Source: Polymyxa betae A26-41
Lineage: Eukaryota; Protista; Endomyxa: Phytomyxea
Direction of reading: 5' to 3'
Assembly (NCBI GenBank): GCA_003693705.1
Contig: RBZT01000654.1
Span: forward strand, 1-59,412
DNA: 59,412 nucleotides
A model generated the notes under the pieces. That model did not search any database. It was not told the origin of the DNA and saw only the letters and a list, made by a program, of their open reading frames with translations. Positions within the stretch are counted from its first letter, which is position 1, and each line of letters begins with the position of its first letter. Position numbers and translations under genes: made by a program. Of this stretch, positions 37,368 through 49,873 are shown piece after piece.

Positions 37368-40100
37368 CTACCGGATATCTCGTGGGATGCTGTTCGCGGA
37401 TTGGAAAAGATCTGCGATACAGCCTAATCGGTAATTAAGGTGAAGTCTGAAAGACGTCGAGGTGCAGAATTCGATCTCGGGTCCACTTTCACCATTTCAT
37501 TGACCGTCAATACATCGCCCGTATCCAGACGTAAGCACATTTGCGATCCGATGCGCTTTCGGTGGGAAAACACCTAAAAACGGATCCGATTAAAATCTGG
37601 ACAGTTGTAACGGTTTCGATATTACCTCGACGATCTTGCCAGATTGGCGTTTTCGTTGTGGAAGGATGCGACCAGGCGCAAACCAATAAATGGTCATACC
37701 GGGCCTCAGAATAAGCGAAGAGCTTGAATCAACGCTGTCGTTCATGTCCAGATCGGCAGGCGGCTCCTCTGTAGATCTTTGGAGTGGATTTGCGATGGAC
37801 TTCGAGGCACCTGTAGCGATACTTTGGTCAGATGAGAAAACAGTTTGGTTAGAAAAAACTTCCAGACTTGTCCGACCACCGTTTTATACGGCCGTTCGAC
37901 ATTTCAGATGTGGAACCAATGCGGAAACGGAATCATAAATTGCTTAATCTCGAAACATCAGAACTTGCAAACAATGAGAATACCTGATTCAGAATCCTCA
38001 TCAGAAGATGGTGTGAGATTCTCAGCACGAGCAGGAGTCGAGGATTTCCTCGCAGTTCGCTGCTTGCATAGATCCGGTTGCAAAGAGCCTCTTGAGCGGA
38101 ATTCCGACGGATCTTTGTCGGATCGCGACTGGACCGATTCGTCGTCGGACGCTGACTTTTCTGCATCGGCATGGTCGTCTACTACAGCTGCATCACGAAT
38201 CGATTTCGACCTCAATGATTTCGACAGCGACCCGACATCCTGGTTTGCGTTTCCATTACAATCCGAAGTGCCTGCATTGACTGGCTTCGGCACAGTTCCA
38301 TTATTCGACTCAAGTCCAATATCACGCATATCGGCAGACAAGCGTTGACTTTGCGACTCCCGATCCGATGATTCGCAGCTATCATCTCCAGATCTCCGTT
38401 CGCTATTCGAGCTACTCTGTAAGCACTTAGTACATATCATGTTCACGTTGATGGGCGGTTTTACCAATTCATCGGATGAAGAATAATCTTCGGAGCTCTC
38501 TTGGCTGGATACCGTCCTGTAAGCAGTGCGCCGTCTCTACCAAACGACAAACAATTAAAACAGCGAAACGTGATCGTGAGAAAATTTATTGCCAAAAGCT
38601 AAAAAGAAAGTGAAGGTGAACGCTCTGCCGGTAACATTACCTGCTCAGTTGCAGCAGGGTCATTACCAGACGATCGCTTCGCTTTGCTACGGTCTGGTGA
38701 GAATAGCTTCCGATTGGTATGAGCCGGTGAAAGGTCGCTCTTGGTCTCACGGCTGGGCGACCTCTTTCGCGACGACTTTTCTTGAGCAGGTCGCAGATGA
38801 CTTTCCGAGTCGGTCGTCTCGCCGCTCTCCTCCCGAGTTCTGGTTTTCGAACGCTCTCTTCTCTTGCGAGCGGGTGACTTCCGGCGCGATTCCGGCGACC
38901 GAGACTCGGCTGCACGAGAGCGCCTTCTCGAACGTTTTCGTGTAGATTTCGCCAAAGAGCGCGAGTCGAGGTCGGATTCCTCCATGGCGTCAGGTGAACG
39001 CCTTCGGTCTCGGCGGCGGCGTCGTTGCGATTTCTGTGTTTCCGATTTGGATGGCTCCGGTTCAGTACGTCGCGAACGGCGCCGATCTCGCTCATCATCC
39101 GATTCGCTTTCCGAGCGATCATTCTTTGAACGCTCCTTCTCCGAATGCTTCTCATGACGGCTCGGTTCTAGCGTTGATTTTCGAGCTCTCCGGGAACCCC
39201 GGGACCTTCGGGACGAACGGCGGTTCCTGCGACGGTCTCGAGAATCGAGGCTGGCGCTGCGGCTTCTTCTGTGTCTCCGAGTCGATTTGTGCTCAGAATC
39301 CAAAGGAGAATGGTCGTGTTTTCCTAAGAAAATTCAATTGTGATATCCAGCAAAAAAAAAGGTTGAGTTTATTTACCGCGATTTTCAGGAGAACGTGATC
39401 GGGAGCGGTGTAACGCGGCTGGCGATAGCGAACGAGCTTTCCTTAATTTGGATGACGATCGCATCGTCTTTTTAAGCGGTTCCGACTTGCGTCTTTTTTG
39501 TGGCTTGTGATCGGGATCGACAACATCCGACCAGTTGGAAGACGATCCCGAACTGGAGCATGAATGTCGCCGACGACCTTTGGTTTTCGGTTTGTTGGGC
39601 GATTTGAAGTCACGATCGGAACGCTTTCGCTTCCTATTGTATGCTGCTGCACGCACATGGAAAGGATCGTATCTGGGAATCACATCGGGGGTGATATGGC
39701 GCATAACGAGACGATATTTCTCATTCATGGCGGCGATGCGATCAACAAAGTCGTCAATATCTTTATCGATGAACAGCGTGATGTAGCGGGTGTCATGTTC
39801 GCTGCCATCATCGACGATTCGCGAATTGAACGATTTCAAACCGACCACTTCAGCGTTCGGACGAATAGCGATGAAATGCGGCTTGTCTTCTGAATTGATG
39901 ACAAAATCGCTTATAGGTTTCAATCGTTCGAGAAAATCGATGCGAACGCGGCGGCCGCCAGGCATCACGAAGACGATCTGATTTTGGCGAAACTGGACCA
40001 CAACCCGAGATTCATTGAGAGACCAACCGACCAGAGTGCGGCCGAAAATCGCCTCGTCGACCGGCAAAGTCAGCGACGAATCTCGGGGCGATTTCGACAT
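37368..40100 (-). CDS. Large uncharacterised protein: beta-rich N-terminal domain, long RS/RD-rich region, small SH3/Tudor-like C-terminal domain; multi-exon
   Basis: ORFs 39369-40160, 38599-39303 and 37958-38467 are joined by short introns. Terminal exons read LRPGMTIYWFAPG...SGKIVE|VFSHRKRIGSQMCLRLDTGD. Confidence 0.55.
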
Positions 40101-40893
40101 CACTCTGAAAAGTGACTGTCTCCAGTCTCTACCAAGTCTCTGATAGCAACAGGATGACAATATGAGGCGCAGTTTTTCGAAATCGGCATTCGACAGCGCA
40201 ATTTGTCAGATTGATTATTTTGTTAGATTTGGCTCAAGAAAACGCCATGGCCGCTGCGAAGAAAATCCGCGCCTTTACGCATCAAAGACGTCCGGCTTCC
40301 ATTTTCGCCATTACTTTGGCTTTGCCTATTTCCCAGCTGAGGAAATACGCTCAGTCTGGTATAAATGGATGCTTTCATGGATTCTGCAACGTGGAATGTA
40401 TTTCTACAGAAAAGTTACAATTGAGAAAAATGATCAGTTTTCCCAGAGATGCAGCACGACAAAATTTCAATAAAAGTTTCTTCATTATGTTGTTGCTGTA
40501 TAGCTGTGAGCCAAAGGTTCTATCTCTGTTGTTCTCCGGGTACGATACCGTAGTCAAAGTTACAGTCACCTACCGGTGAAAGTTGCGGAACTTTTGTACC
40601 CCCAACGTGAATTTTGGAAAAATTTCCTTTTTTGCAGAGATTCTTGCATCGCGCAGTTATTGAATTTGCGCAGGCCGCGTCTGGCCGAGTCATAAAATTG
40701 TCGACATTTCTTGTCCGCACTGTGATGGCCCCGCATATTTTTTATGTAACAAACTCCCGAAACTCCCGCAAAACAGCTTTCACGAACCAGCGAATTTTTA
40801 CAGCAAAAATATTGCAGTAAATCCCCTATGCCACAGCTGCTGAGTAATTAGAACTAATTCTAATCAATTGCAGCCACCCATGAACAAGACATT

Positions 40894-41558
40894 TTATATT
40901 ATTCGATGCTGTTGTTTTGCTAGTAGATAGGATACAGGAATCAGCATGGCAAAGTAAAGAAATGCAAAGACGAACGGCAGGGTGACCAGCCATGCTCCGG
41001 TCGCAATCATAAGCCCTAATCATATCGTAATTAAATCCTATTAAAAAACAAGAATCAATTGTATTACCATTTCCGAATTTGGCAATTGTCTCGAAAAAAC
41101 TAACGCTTAGACTTTGAGATATTAGTTCGGGGGTTAAAGCCAGTGGCTCGTCTGATCCGATCAGAAATTCACCCAGGCGAAGATACGGAATCTGAGAGAA
41201 ATGGTGAATGTTTGACTATCGGCACTCTTAATCTGACTAACAAGCATCGCCATTTCAATCGGTGTTGTGACAGCATTTACCAGCTGCATTGCTGCCATAT
41301 TTAATCGACGAAACAGGATACCAACAATCGTCACCAAGACAAAAGTGACCCTAAATAAATGATATCTCTTGGAATATTTAAGACACTATGAACAAACCCA
41401 ATAAGAGGGCAAATTCCCATTGTAAACCCAACAGCGATGCTTGCTGTTAATGCCTCTGGTGTGATCTCCTGCTTGAACACGCGCAGCACAGCGTTCTTTG
41501 CAAAAACATACGAAGCCTGAATTCGCTCGACAACGATCATCTGGGCCGATTCCATCAT
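40894..41558 (-). CDS. DUF2062-family membrane protein; multi-exon
   Basis: QEITPEALTASIAVGFTMGICPLIG|VT...RLNMAAMQLVNAVTTPIE...IPYLRLGEFL and a hydrophobic C-terminal helix. Confidence 0.8.
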
Positions 41559-41844
41559 AGGACCTGGCGCAGGATCAAGGACCGGCTGAAGAAGCTGTGC
41601 CGCGCTTATGCCCGGGATTGATCATTAAAAGAGGCTGCGAGCAACTATCTGTGAAAAACAGAGATAGGCAATCTAACCTTAAAAAAATAAATGAATATAA
41701 TGGGGCAATTAATGGTGCTGGTTTTCAATGATTCTAAAACTACGAGTAGATTGGAGATGGGATAGTGAAGCCCTATAACGATATCTGTAACATTTCTTTA
41801 ATATGGATTTACAGAGACCCGTGATGGTGACGGGCCCTTCATAA

Positions 41845-44800
41845 TCATCGCCGAGGTGAATGACAAGGTTCCAGAGTGCATGGATACTCGGAGAAGACTT
41901 GGACGTTGAAATCACCGGCTAGACCCGGATTGAAAGTGCATGCGTAGAACGTATATGGAGCCTCATCACGCCGAAACGTCATCTGGCCAAAGACTTCGGG
42001 AGCCAGCGAAAAGGTTCCTTTACAGCGTGTCCTGCCTGTCGTGTCGATGACGTAGAATCCGATTGGAAGAATATGTTCGGGATCTGGTTGGGATACTATG
42101 CACATTGCGGACCAGGACGATGGTTGGTCGTTTGAACGCGACGGCGGACATGAGAGCGTGAAGCTCGGGTTCTTTTGCCAAGTTTCGTAGTTCCTACATC
42201 CTCCTGAATTTTGCACCGACCAGCAAGAAGACAATGCCCGAGTGACACTCCAGCGATTCGATATCGGAACAAGAGAGATGTTGTGATCGGCATATACAGT
42301 AAGGGTAAAGGTGTCGACAATGCCAGGTTCGTACGTACAAGGGACAACAACCACGTGCTTGACACCCGAATCTGAAGAAGATGGCCAAACATTTGTGGGC
42401 ACGACTAGTTCCACGAGAGTTTCGTTCGCCGTCACGAATTCGCTTCTAGCTAGGACATCACCATCGCAAACGCCCAGTTTCTCTTCAGCAGGTCCATTGT
42501 TCGCCAAAACGTAGATTCCAATCGCTCCATAATCGGGATCTGATTGTTGTCTTTGTAGCTGGATGAGGACACGAATTGGATGAGTGACGTCAGTCGCGGT
42601 CAGTTTGAACTGATTGTTACTTCTCCAAGAAGAAAAATTGGGATAGCATCCACCCGAGGTGTTCTCCGACCAGTCGGAATGGGCAACGATCTTGTGCCAG
42701 ACACCCGCATCCAGAATCTCAGTCATACTGATGGAATGATCACACGAGACCGACATTTTGAAATCAGCAAAGACACCAGGAACATTAGTCGCTGGAATTA
42801 TCATTAACGAACTTGGCCCGGATAAATTTGCTTCAATCGTCGATTGCTGGATTTGATCGTTGGATTCTTGGAAGGGTCCGATGAGTACAATCTGCTCTTC
42901 GGATTGCACAGTAAGTAGACGGCCGTGTTCTGCAGTCCTGTTTACTGGCACGGTGATAATATGAACACCCATCGGTGTCTTAGCGGTCGTGGCTAAATTC
43001 ACACGAAACTTTGCTGGCCCAGAATCAGGCACATGAACCAGCCATTGAGGATTTTGGAACCAGCTGATCTCAGGAAATGCTCCACCAGCAGAATCTTTGT
43101 CCCATTTCCCATTGATAACAAACGAGAAGCTATGATCAGAAAACTTGACGTCTTCAAATGGATCTTTGGGTGGATCTGGAACCAGATTTCCTGCGGGACG
43201 TACCCACGAACATTCATCGGTAGCTTCGTTGTAATAGTAAGGAACGCCAGTCTTCTCATCACAGAATTCGACCCATCCTGGAGGTAAAACATTCGCAGAA
43301 CGTGTAGGAGATGGAGGGCTAGGATGTTTCGGCGCCTGTTGCTCAGTATTCGATTCAGCAGAGCCTCCATTTGCTGTTGGACGATCCCAGCGACTCTCAT
43401 TCGTGACACAGTTGTAGAAAAATGGTGCTCCAGTTGTTTCATCGAGATAGACAGTCCAGTTTTCTGGAAGCGGAGTATCGGTAGTCGATGTTGGTTCATT
43501 GATGGTTGTTGATGTTAGCTCACCAGAGGACTGTGATTTCACTTTCGGAACCTTCTCAATGAAATATCTGAAAGAAATGTAAGAAAATTGATGGTGAAGA
43601 GTGGATGGATTACCTAATCGTAGCAATAGTCACCGGAGTATCTCTTGCAATCGCTTCAAATGTTTCAATGATAGGCCTGATTAAATTCGGAGCGAAGACA
43701 ATGGCGAGGTTTGAAGGAGTCATCTTGTTAAGTTCAGATTTTTGGCTCACTTCAGCTAAAAATGAGCATAGATATTGAAAAATTCGCAGATTTGTCGCTG
43801 GAAGCGACGCTTCGAGTCTATCAAGTTCAGCCCAATTTTCATCTCGGGTGCACTAATAGATCTTAATTGTCACAAACATCGGAAACTCAGAAGCTTACTT
43901 TGACCATGGCGTCGTAAAGGCCAAAGGTTAAAAGAGGTTCTGGGAGTTCTCGAACCCATAGCTTTATAAGTCCTGCAACAGAATGCGGCGACACGTTGTC
44001 CAGCGAAAACCCGCTTTCATAATCAATCATTCGCTTGAGACGAAAAACTTCCTGAAAAATCCATTGATCAGATTATTGCAAAACGAGCTGAAACTTTAGT
44101 TACCGCTTGCTCTCCTGATACTCTGAATAAGCCGACTTTATCAAAGGCATTTTCGCGAAGATAATCACAGCAAAGAGTTAAGAATGTCGGGACGCCACCA
44201 AGATTAGAACGGGCGACAACCTCAGCCAGAGGTCTTCCGAATGCCTTTGGCGCCTGGACTATCCCCTTTTCTACAAGAGCAGAGAAGTTTGGCCTTCTTG
44301 ATAGTAAGCTGCTTAATTTCGCCATCAGCGAGGTGAACTGGGATCGGCTTCCGGTTGGCGCCGGGATAAAGGCTGCTGCTTGAGGTGTAGGAACCATGAC
44401 ACTATCACGGTGACGCGATGAGATTTGACGATCTCTCTCTCCAACTTGCAGTGTTGAGTTGGGAGAGACACCATCTGCGATATCATCTGCATCTGATACA
44501 GGGACCTGTCGCCCGTTCGACTGTAAAATGTTCATCACAGTCGTAGCCTTCGCTTTTGTTTCCCTCAGATTCAATAATTTATCGAGTCGCATCTGTTTAA
44601 AAGACGCATCATCCAAACTTAGGAAAATACGAAGAAAGGACGCCGCTTCTTTGTTTTTGGCATCATCGAGAAGATCCACGAGCAGATCTAACGACCGGAC
44701 GCTGGAAGTTTTTATCTTAAATGACTTCCAAGAAATCTGACCGCATGCTTGCAATAATCCTCTTCGGGATGAGTCTCCAAGAAAAATCGTTCGAATTTGC

Positions 44801-45005
44801 ATATCATCATAAATAGGGAACGAACGGAAGTAGTAGCTAGTAAACGTTGCAATCTGAATTACATTCGATATTTTGGTTAATGGGCATTCGCATTACTTAC
44901 AGCATCCTTCTTCTTCGTCCAGAGCTGCGGCTGAAGCTCATCGAGAAGAAAGTTGACCATGCATTTTGCCGTCTCTGGATCGCTCTGCTTCCATTCGTTC
45001 GACAT
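41845..45005 (-). CDS. RhoGAP with an RPEL-like motif, two WW domains and three calpain domain-III (C2-like) repeats; multi-exon
   Basis: LLSRRPNFSALVEKGIV; FGRPL, GLFRVSG, AGLIKLWVRELPEPLL, NKMTPSNLAIVFAPNL; LPENWTVYLDETTGAPFFYNCVTNESRWDRP and LPPGWVEF...WVRP; three GxWxxxSAGG/SGGC...NPQ/NNQ/NPS...P.T..PG...F repeats. Confidence 0.9.
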
Positions 45006-45674
45006 CAGCGACACCACGAAACCAATGGCTCTGAGTCTACAGATAAGCCAGCTCAAATCATCCGATCGAGATGATGAGCTGGAAACAGGACGTTGTATAG
45101 AAAGGGGTCGCGCTCAAGGACTCAAACTGTGATGGGCTGATGGGGTCTGCTGACGGAGCAGCCCTATGTTGCGCTTGTCATGACAAAAGCATCAAACATT
45201 TCAATTCAGATTTCAATCATGATCTGCTCGTGGCGGAGAGCTCCGATGAAGCTGTTAATTTATCACGGGCATCGCATCTGGTTCTAGGTTCCAGTTTTGC
45301 TCATCAATACCGTATTGCAATTTTCGGTCGTGACGTTCCGGCTCGAGCTATCAGGAATACGCCCATAATCAGTTTGGTCTCTGAATGGTAAGTTCTTTGC
45401 CAGCCCTGAACTTCAGGCTTTATTTAAAGCGAGTATGTTTCTATCGGCTCTCAATGTCTCTCTTCCAAGCTTGTTCGCCGTGCTTCATATTGCTTCAGTT
45501 ACCCATTTCCGCTGGTACCAACAACCTCCAGACTTCCTTATCAAAAGGGTTTGTGAATGTTGGGGAATTCAGTGGGTTTTTACTGAATCTTGAAAACATT
45601 TGTGTTTATCGATTGCAGTCTAGAAATCAGTATGGCGAATGCGAATCCGGAATTTGGCAGCCTGAGGCAGGTCT

Positions 45675-46433
45675 GTGACGTTCCAATTACATGCTGAATA
45701 CCTCATGTCCGAAAATGATGACGGCGCACCTGGGAACGGATTTGGTTCCAGCTCGGCGAGCACTAGCAGCAAACGTAGCAGCATTTCTGTTTGTGCAGAG
45801 AATCAGGGCTTTCGTGAATCTGATTCTGATTTCGAAATATGTACCATGAACAGAGTGGACGCCACCCAATCAGATAACAGATCGACATCGGTTTCGACTG
45901 CAAAGAAGCGATCTGAATCTTCTTGTGCTGCTTCAGATATCTTGTCTCAAAGCCATCGGTCAATTTGCAGCAACGACAGCGATGATTTAGCTACCTGTAG
46001 CGGCGTAAAGAATGCAGACCTTGGAGAAGACCCAGATGATGATGAATCAACCACTTCTATAGCTACAGAGATTGACGTTCCTTTTCAAGAGGTACGACGG
46101 CTTCTAGCTCGATTCAAGCTGGGTGATCATGCGATATCTGAGGATTACGCAAATGAAGCATGGCCCGATATTTGGTGTAATTTCACAAAGAGCCGGGAGC
46201 ATCAACGGCAATCCCGGGCAAAGTTAAAATCGGCACTCAACCGAATAAACGCCACTTTAAAGGATCCCAGATTTCATATGTCATTGAAGGAGGGCGCTGC
46301 CTGGGCTCAAAACAACCAAATTGCCGCCTCGAAACACGAAACGCAGAAAACTCGAGATATGCTGGCCTCTGTTGAACCTGGTCAATATTGGAGAGAGCAG
46401 CAATATCTATTGGATGGGATCTATCGATGGTAA
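45675..46433 (+). CDS. Hypothetical protein (Ser/acidic N-terminus, helical C-terminus)
   Basis: Open 252-aa frame followed by AATAAA. Upstream exons uncertain. Confidence 0.5.
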   Translation: MTFQLHAEYLMSENDDGAPGNGFGSSSASTSSKRSSISVCAENQGFRESDSDFEICTMNRVDATQSDNRSTSVSTAKKRSESSCAASDILSQSHRSICSNDSDDLATCSGVKNADLGEDPDDDESTTSIATEIDVPFQEVRRLLARFKLGDHAISEDYANEAWPDIWCNFTKSREHQRQSRAKLKSALNRINATLKDPRFHMSLKEGAAWAQNNQIAASKHETQKTRDMLASVEPGQYWREQQYLLDGIYRW

Positions 46434-46540
46434 TAAAAAGTTATTCAACAATTCAATTCCGATTGTCGTTCGATCGATTCGGAATCAAAACTTCGAAAAT
46501 TGCGCCTCTACAGTAGCATGATTAAATTGAGCGATTGGTG

Positions 46541-47968
46541 ATGGCCATTGAATCTGTCGAGCCCCAACAGCAGCAGCAGTCTATCGCCATTCCAACGCCA
46601 GATGGCAGGACACCATTGCATCTGGTATCCAATCTGGTCGAAGCTGAGCACCTGATTCGATGCGGTGCTCATCCGAACCAGCGCGATGCTTTCGGCGTCA
46701 GTTGTCATAGATTTGATTCCTTTTTTACTTTCTTTGGCAGTTTAAAAGCCCTGCTTAATTGTGAACGTTCCTCGAATTTACAATTCTGCTTTGTTTGCTT
46801 TGTATTGAAATTTTTGCAAATTTTTGTCGCTTATTTTCTGTTGAATATAACGATGCTGTTAAATTGATCAACTATGTAGATGACGCCTCTGCATTTGGCA
46901 GCTGCTCGATGTGAAAACATTGATGTTTGCCGTTTTCTTACAAAAATGGATCCGTGTTTGGTGTCGGTCACCGACAATGCAGGCAATACGCCTTTACATT
47001 GGGCTACACGTTCTGTTGACATCGTCAAGCTCTTGTTGGAACATGACGCTCCTGTAGAGGCTCGTAATCATTCAGGCGAATCAGCAGCCATGCGTGCCGC
47101 CCTGCAGGGCAAATCCGATGTCGTCGCCTTGCTTCTACCAAGAATCACAGATATTGATGCAGCTGATGAGAAAGGTATCTGCTCGCTTTAGTTGCGGTTC
47201 TTTCTCTGATTGTGGACAGGAAAGACGGCCTTGATGATCGCCTCCCAGCACGGGTTTAAAGACATCGTCGCCATGTTGCTTAAGCACGGCTCCAATCCGA
47301 ATTCTCGTGATTTGGCCGGATGGACTGCGCTCCATTTCGCCGCTCTGGGAGGTGATCGCCATTCTGACCAGTTTTTTCTTCTTTCCTCATTTAGAAAATT
47401 ATTCATTTTTTTCTTTCGAATTTGTTTCTCTAGTCATCAAGCCGTTCGATATCGTGTGACTTTCGTTGACTAAGTTGGCTGGCTGATTTTGTTCTCAGCT
47501 TGGCCACAACATGAATCACATCCGAAGCTAATGCGATTATTGCTGACGAATGGCGCCGATCCGGATCTGGCCGAATCGTCCTGCCGTTGGCTCCCAATGC
47601 ATGTCGCCACCGACGCCAGCGCCGTTCGAGTTCTCCACGAATTCGGTGGTGATTTTAACGCTCTAGATTCTGATGGACGCACACCAGCCCATTATTTGAA
47701 CGCCGAAGCCGTTGCCGAACTTCAACGATGCGGCGCCCATCTCGACGTCGCAGATCGTTATGGACGGACGCCATTGCATAATGCCGCTAGCGAGGAGAAG
47801 GCCATTGTGCTTTGTGCATTCGGCGCCAATGTCAATGCTGTCGATCATCAAGGCAAGACACCTCTGGATTGGGCTCAACATCGGCCTCCAGTCGCCGATG
47901 CGTTGAAACGCTTCGAAGCGAAATCGGGATCTGAATTAACCAGGCGGCACCATTGTATTATCTGCTAA
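46541..47968 (+). CDS. Ankyrin-repeat protein with a C-terminal CaaX box (CIIC); multi-exon
   Basis: Multiple GxTPLHxA motifs (GRTPLHL, MTPLHLAA, GNTPLHWA, GKTALMIA, GWTALHFA, GRTPLHNA, GKTPLDWA). Ends RRHHCIIC*. Confidence 0.9.
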
Positions 47969-48427
47969 TAGCCGCTTTGAGCTCGGGTTCCATGTTCCGG
48001 TAATGCCGATTTTATCGAAGAAAAATACTCGACGATTCGCCAATTGAAACAGCGCTGGCTTCTTATTTTCTGTATCCAATATCAAATAGGGTTTTGCTAA
48101 AGATGGCAAGATGATTCACAGGAGAGCTGCGGCCAAATTAGAGTCAGTGGTAATTAGCAGTTGATGTGTATATAAGTCCAATTGGTGCAAAAATGACCTA
48201 CCGTTCTAAATTAAAAATTATCCACGATCATCGCTGACGGATACATAAACATGCTCAAAGCTAATAGGCAACTTCGTTTTCCATAATTAGTCGCGGCCAG
48301 CGTCGCTGATTTTCCAAATCGTAGGACGATGTCATCACATGCACTTAAAGCTGGTTTTCCAGTCGCAACTCAAAACGACGAAATATTCGACTTAGTTTAC
48401 ATCATCTGACATATGTACGGTTAGGCG

Positions 48428-48555
48428 AGAAAGAAATGGAAAAGGAGACAGAGACAGAAACAGAGAGAGAAAGAGAGTGACAAGGACAGAGACAAGAGAG
48501 ACAGAGAGAGAGAGAGGGATTGAGAGAGAGAGAAAGATTCAAAGAGAGAGAGAGC

Positions 48556-48582
<27 letters not shown>
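48428..48582 (+). repeat. Polypurine (GA)n / GAGACA-rich microsatellite tract
   Basis: About 150 bp of imperfect GA repeats ending ~60 bp upstream of the DDRGK1 ATG. Confidence 0.92.
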
Positions 48583-48586
<4 letters not shown>

Positions 48587-48644
48587 CAGCAGCAGAAGTC
48601 TTCATGCGCATTATTGTGTTGATCGTCCATTAGCTAACAGTACA

Positions 48645-49714
48645 ATGGAGGCATCTTCAGAATCGTCATCGCTCTATCTGTTGCTCTCATATTTCGTCGC
48701 TATCTTGATAGCCGGGATCACAGCTGTTATATGGCTATGGCGACAAGAACGACAACCGGTTGCTGCTCCAGCCCAACAGCAGCCACAGCAAAGACGACCT
48801 CGTCGTGGTCTTCAAGATATGATGGACAGAGATCAGCCTCAAGATCAGGTGAGTATTTCACGCATCGATTGTGTCCTCTTTGCTTTTAGGCATTATGATG
48901 CTTTTTCGAAGCTGTTTCTGACGAATACTGATAATGGTTGTCTAGAGACAACGGGCGCCACAAGAGCCTCCCAAACCTAGTAAATATGAAGAGAAGATGG
49001 CCGCAAAGGAAGCCGCCCGCCTTGCTAGGGAAGAAGCAGAAGAGAAGGCTCGTCTTGCAAGGGTCAAGGCAGAGCAGGAGAAAATGGAGCAAGAGTTTGA
49101 GCATTGGAAAGAGTTAGTATGAACATAGTTTGGCAAGTGCTGTCACTAATTTTGTACAGCTTAATTGTGGAGGAAGAGAAAGGCTCTCTGGAAGCCGACA
49201 ACTCGGCGTCAGATGAGAATATGTTAGAGAGATTCGTCCAGGAAATCGTTAATCGGAAGATTGTGGCTATCGAAGATTTGGTCGCTAAATTCGAGATGCG
49301 GTAGGTCTTGATTTCATCGTACTATGGTTGTGTTTTTTTAGCTCAGTTTCATTGCGCTTTGGAGTTTCTAATCGATCAGCTCGCTTAAGTTGGTTGAGAG
49401 GTTTGCTTAACTTTTCAAGTATGTTCTGCTTAGTGACTGATGTTCAAATTCACAGATCAGCACAAAATTGCCTGGAACGAATCAAGTTTCTTGAAGGCAA
49501 TGGCCGCCTTTCTGGCATCGTTGATGATCGAGGAAAATATATCTATGTTAGCCCAGCGGATCTCGACCGGGTTGCCGAGTACATCACGGATAAGGGTCGT
49601 GCTAACATTCGCGACATTGTGGCAGCTTGCAATCGTATAATCGATGTCACCCCCGTTAATGTTGCTGATAAGTTCGACTTCGATGCAGAAGAGGAGCAAA
49701 TTGCTGTATCGTGA
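48645..49714 (+). CDS. DDRGK1: DDRGK domain-containing protein 1 (UFBP1, UFMylation adaptor); multi-exon
   Basis: N-terminal TM helix, charged coiled coil, EFEHWKE, and winged-helix with GRLSGIVDDRGKYIYVS. Confidence 0.92.
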
Positions 49715-49873
49715 TATTTGATCTTTGCATAAATCTACTTATCCCTTTGTGAGGCCTGCTCCGGGAACCGAGTCGCAAGCAACCGTTAAACGAACCCCAG
49801 TCCATGCGCGAAATCGTTCCGTAACAAAAACCGAAGAGATGCCTATCGGGTGAACCCGAAGCGATGACCAAAT

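Noticed and set aside
33937-39398. Long overlapping antisense and alternate-frame ORFs
   Set aside because: They are shadows of GC-rich, RS-rich coding exons, which lack stops in other frames.
40162-40820. Short + strand ORFs between the RS-rich gene and the DUF2062 gene
   Set aside because: No recognisable motif and no consistent exon chain.
48402-48611. SLSLSL / ERERER ORFs
   Set aside because: Translation of the GA microsatellite. The DDRGK1 start is better placed at 48645.
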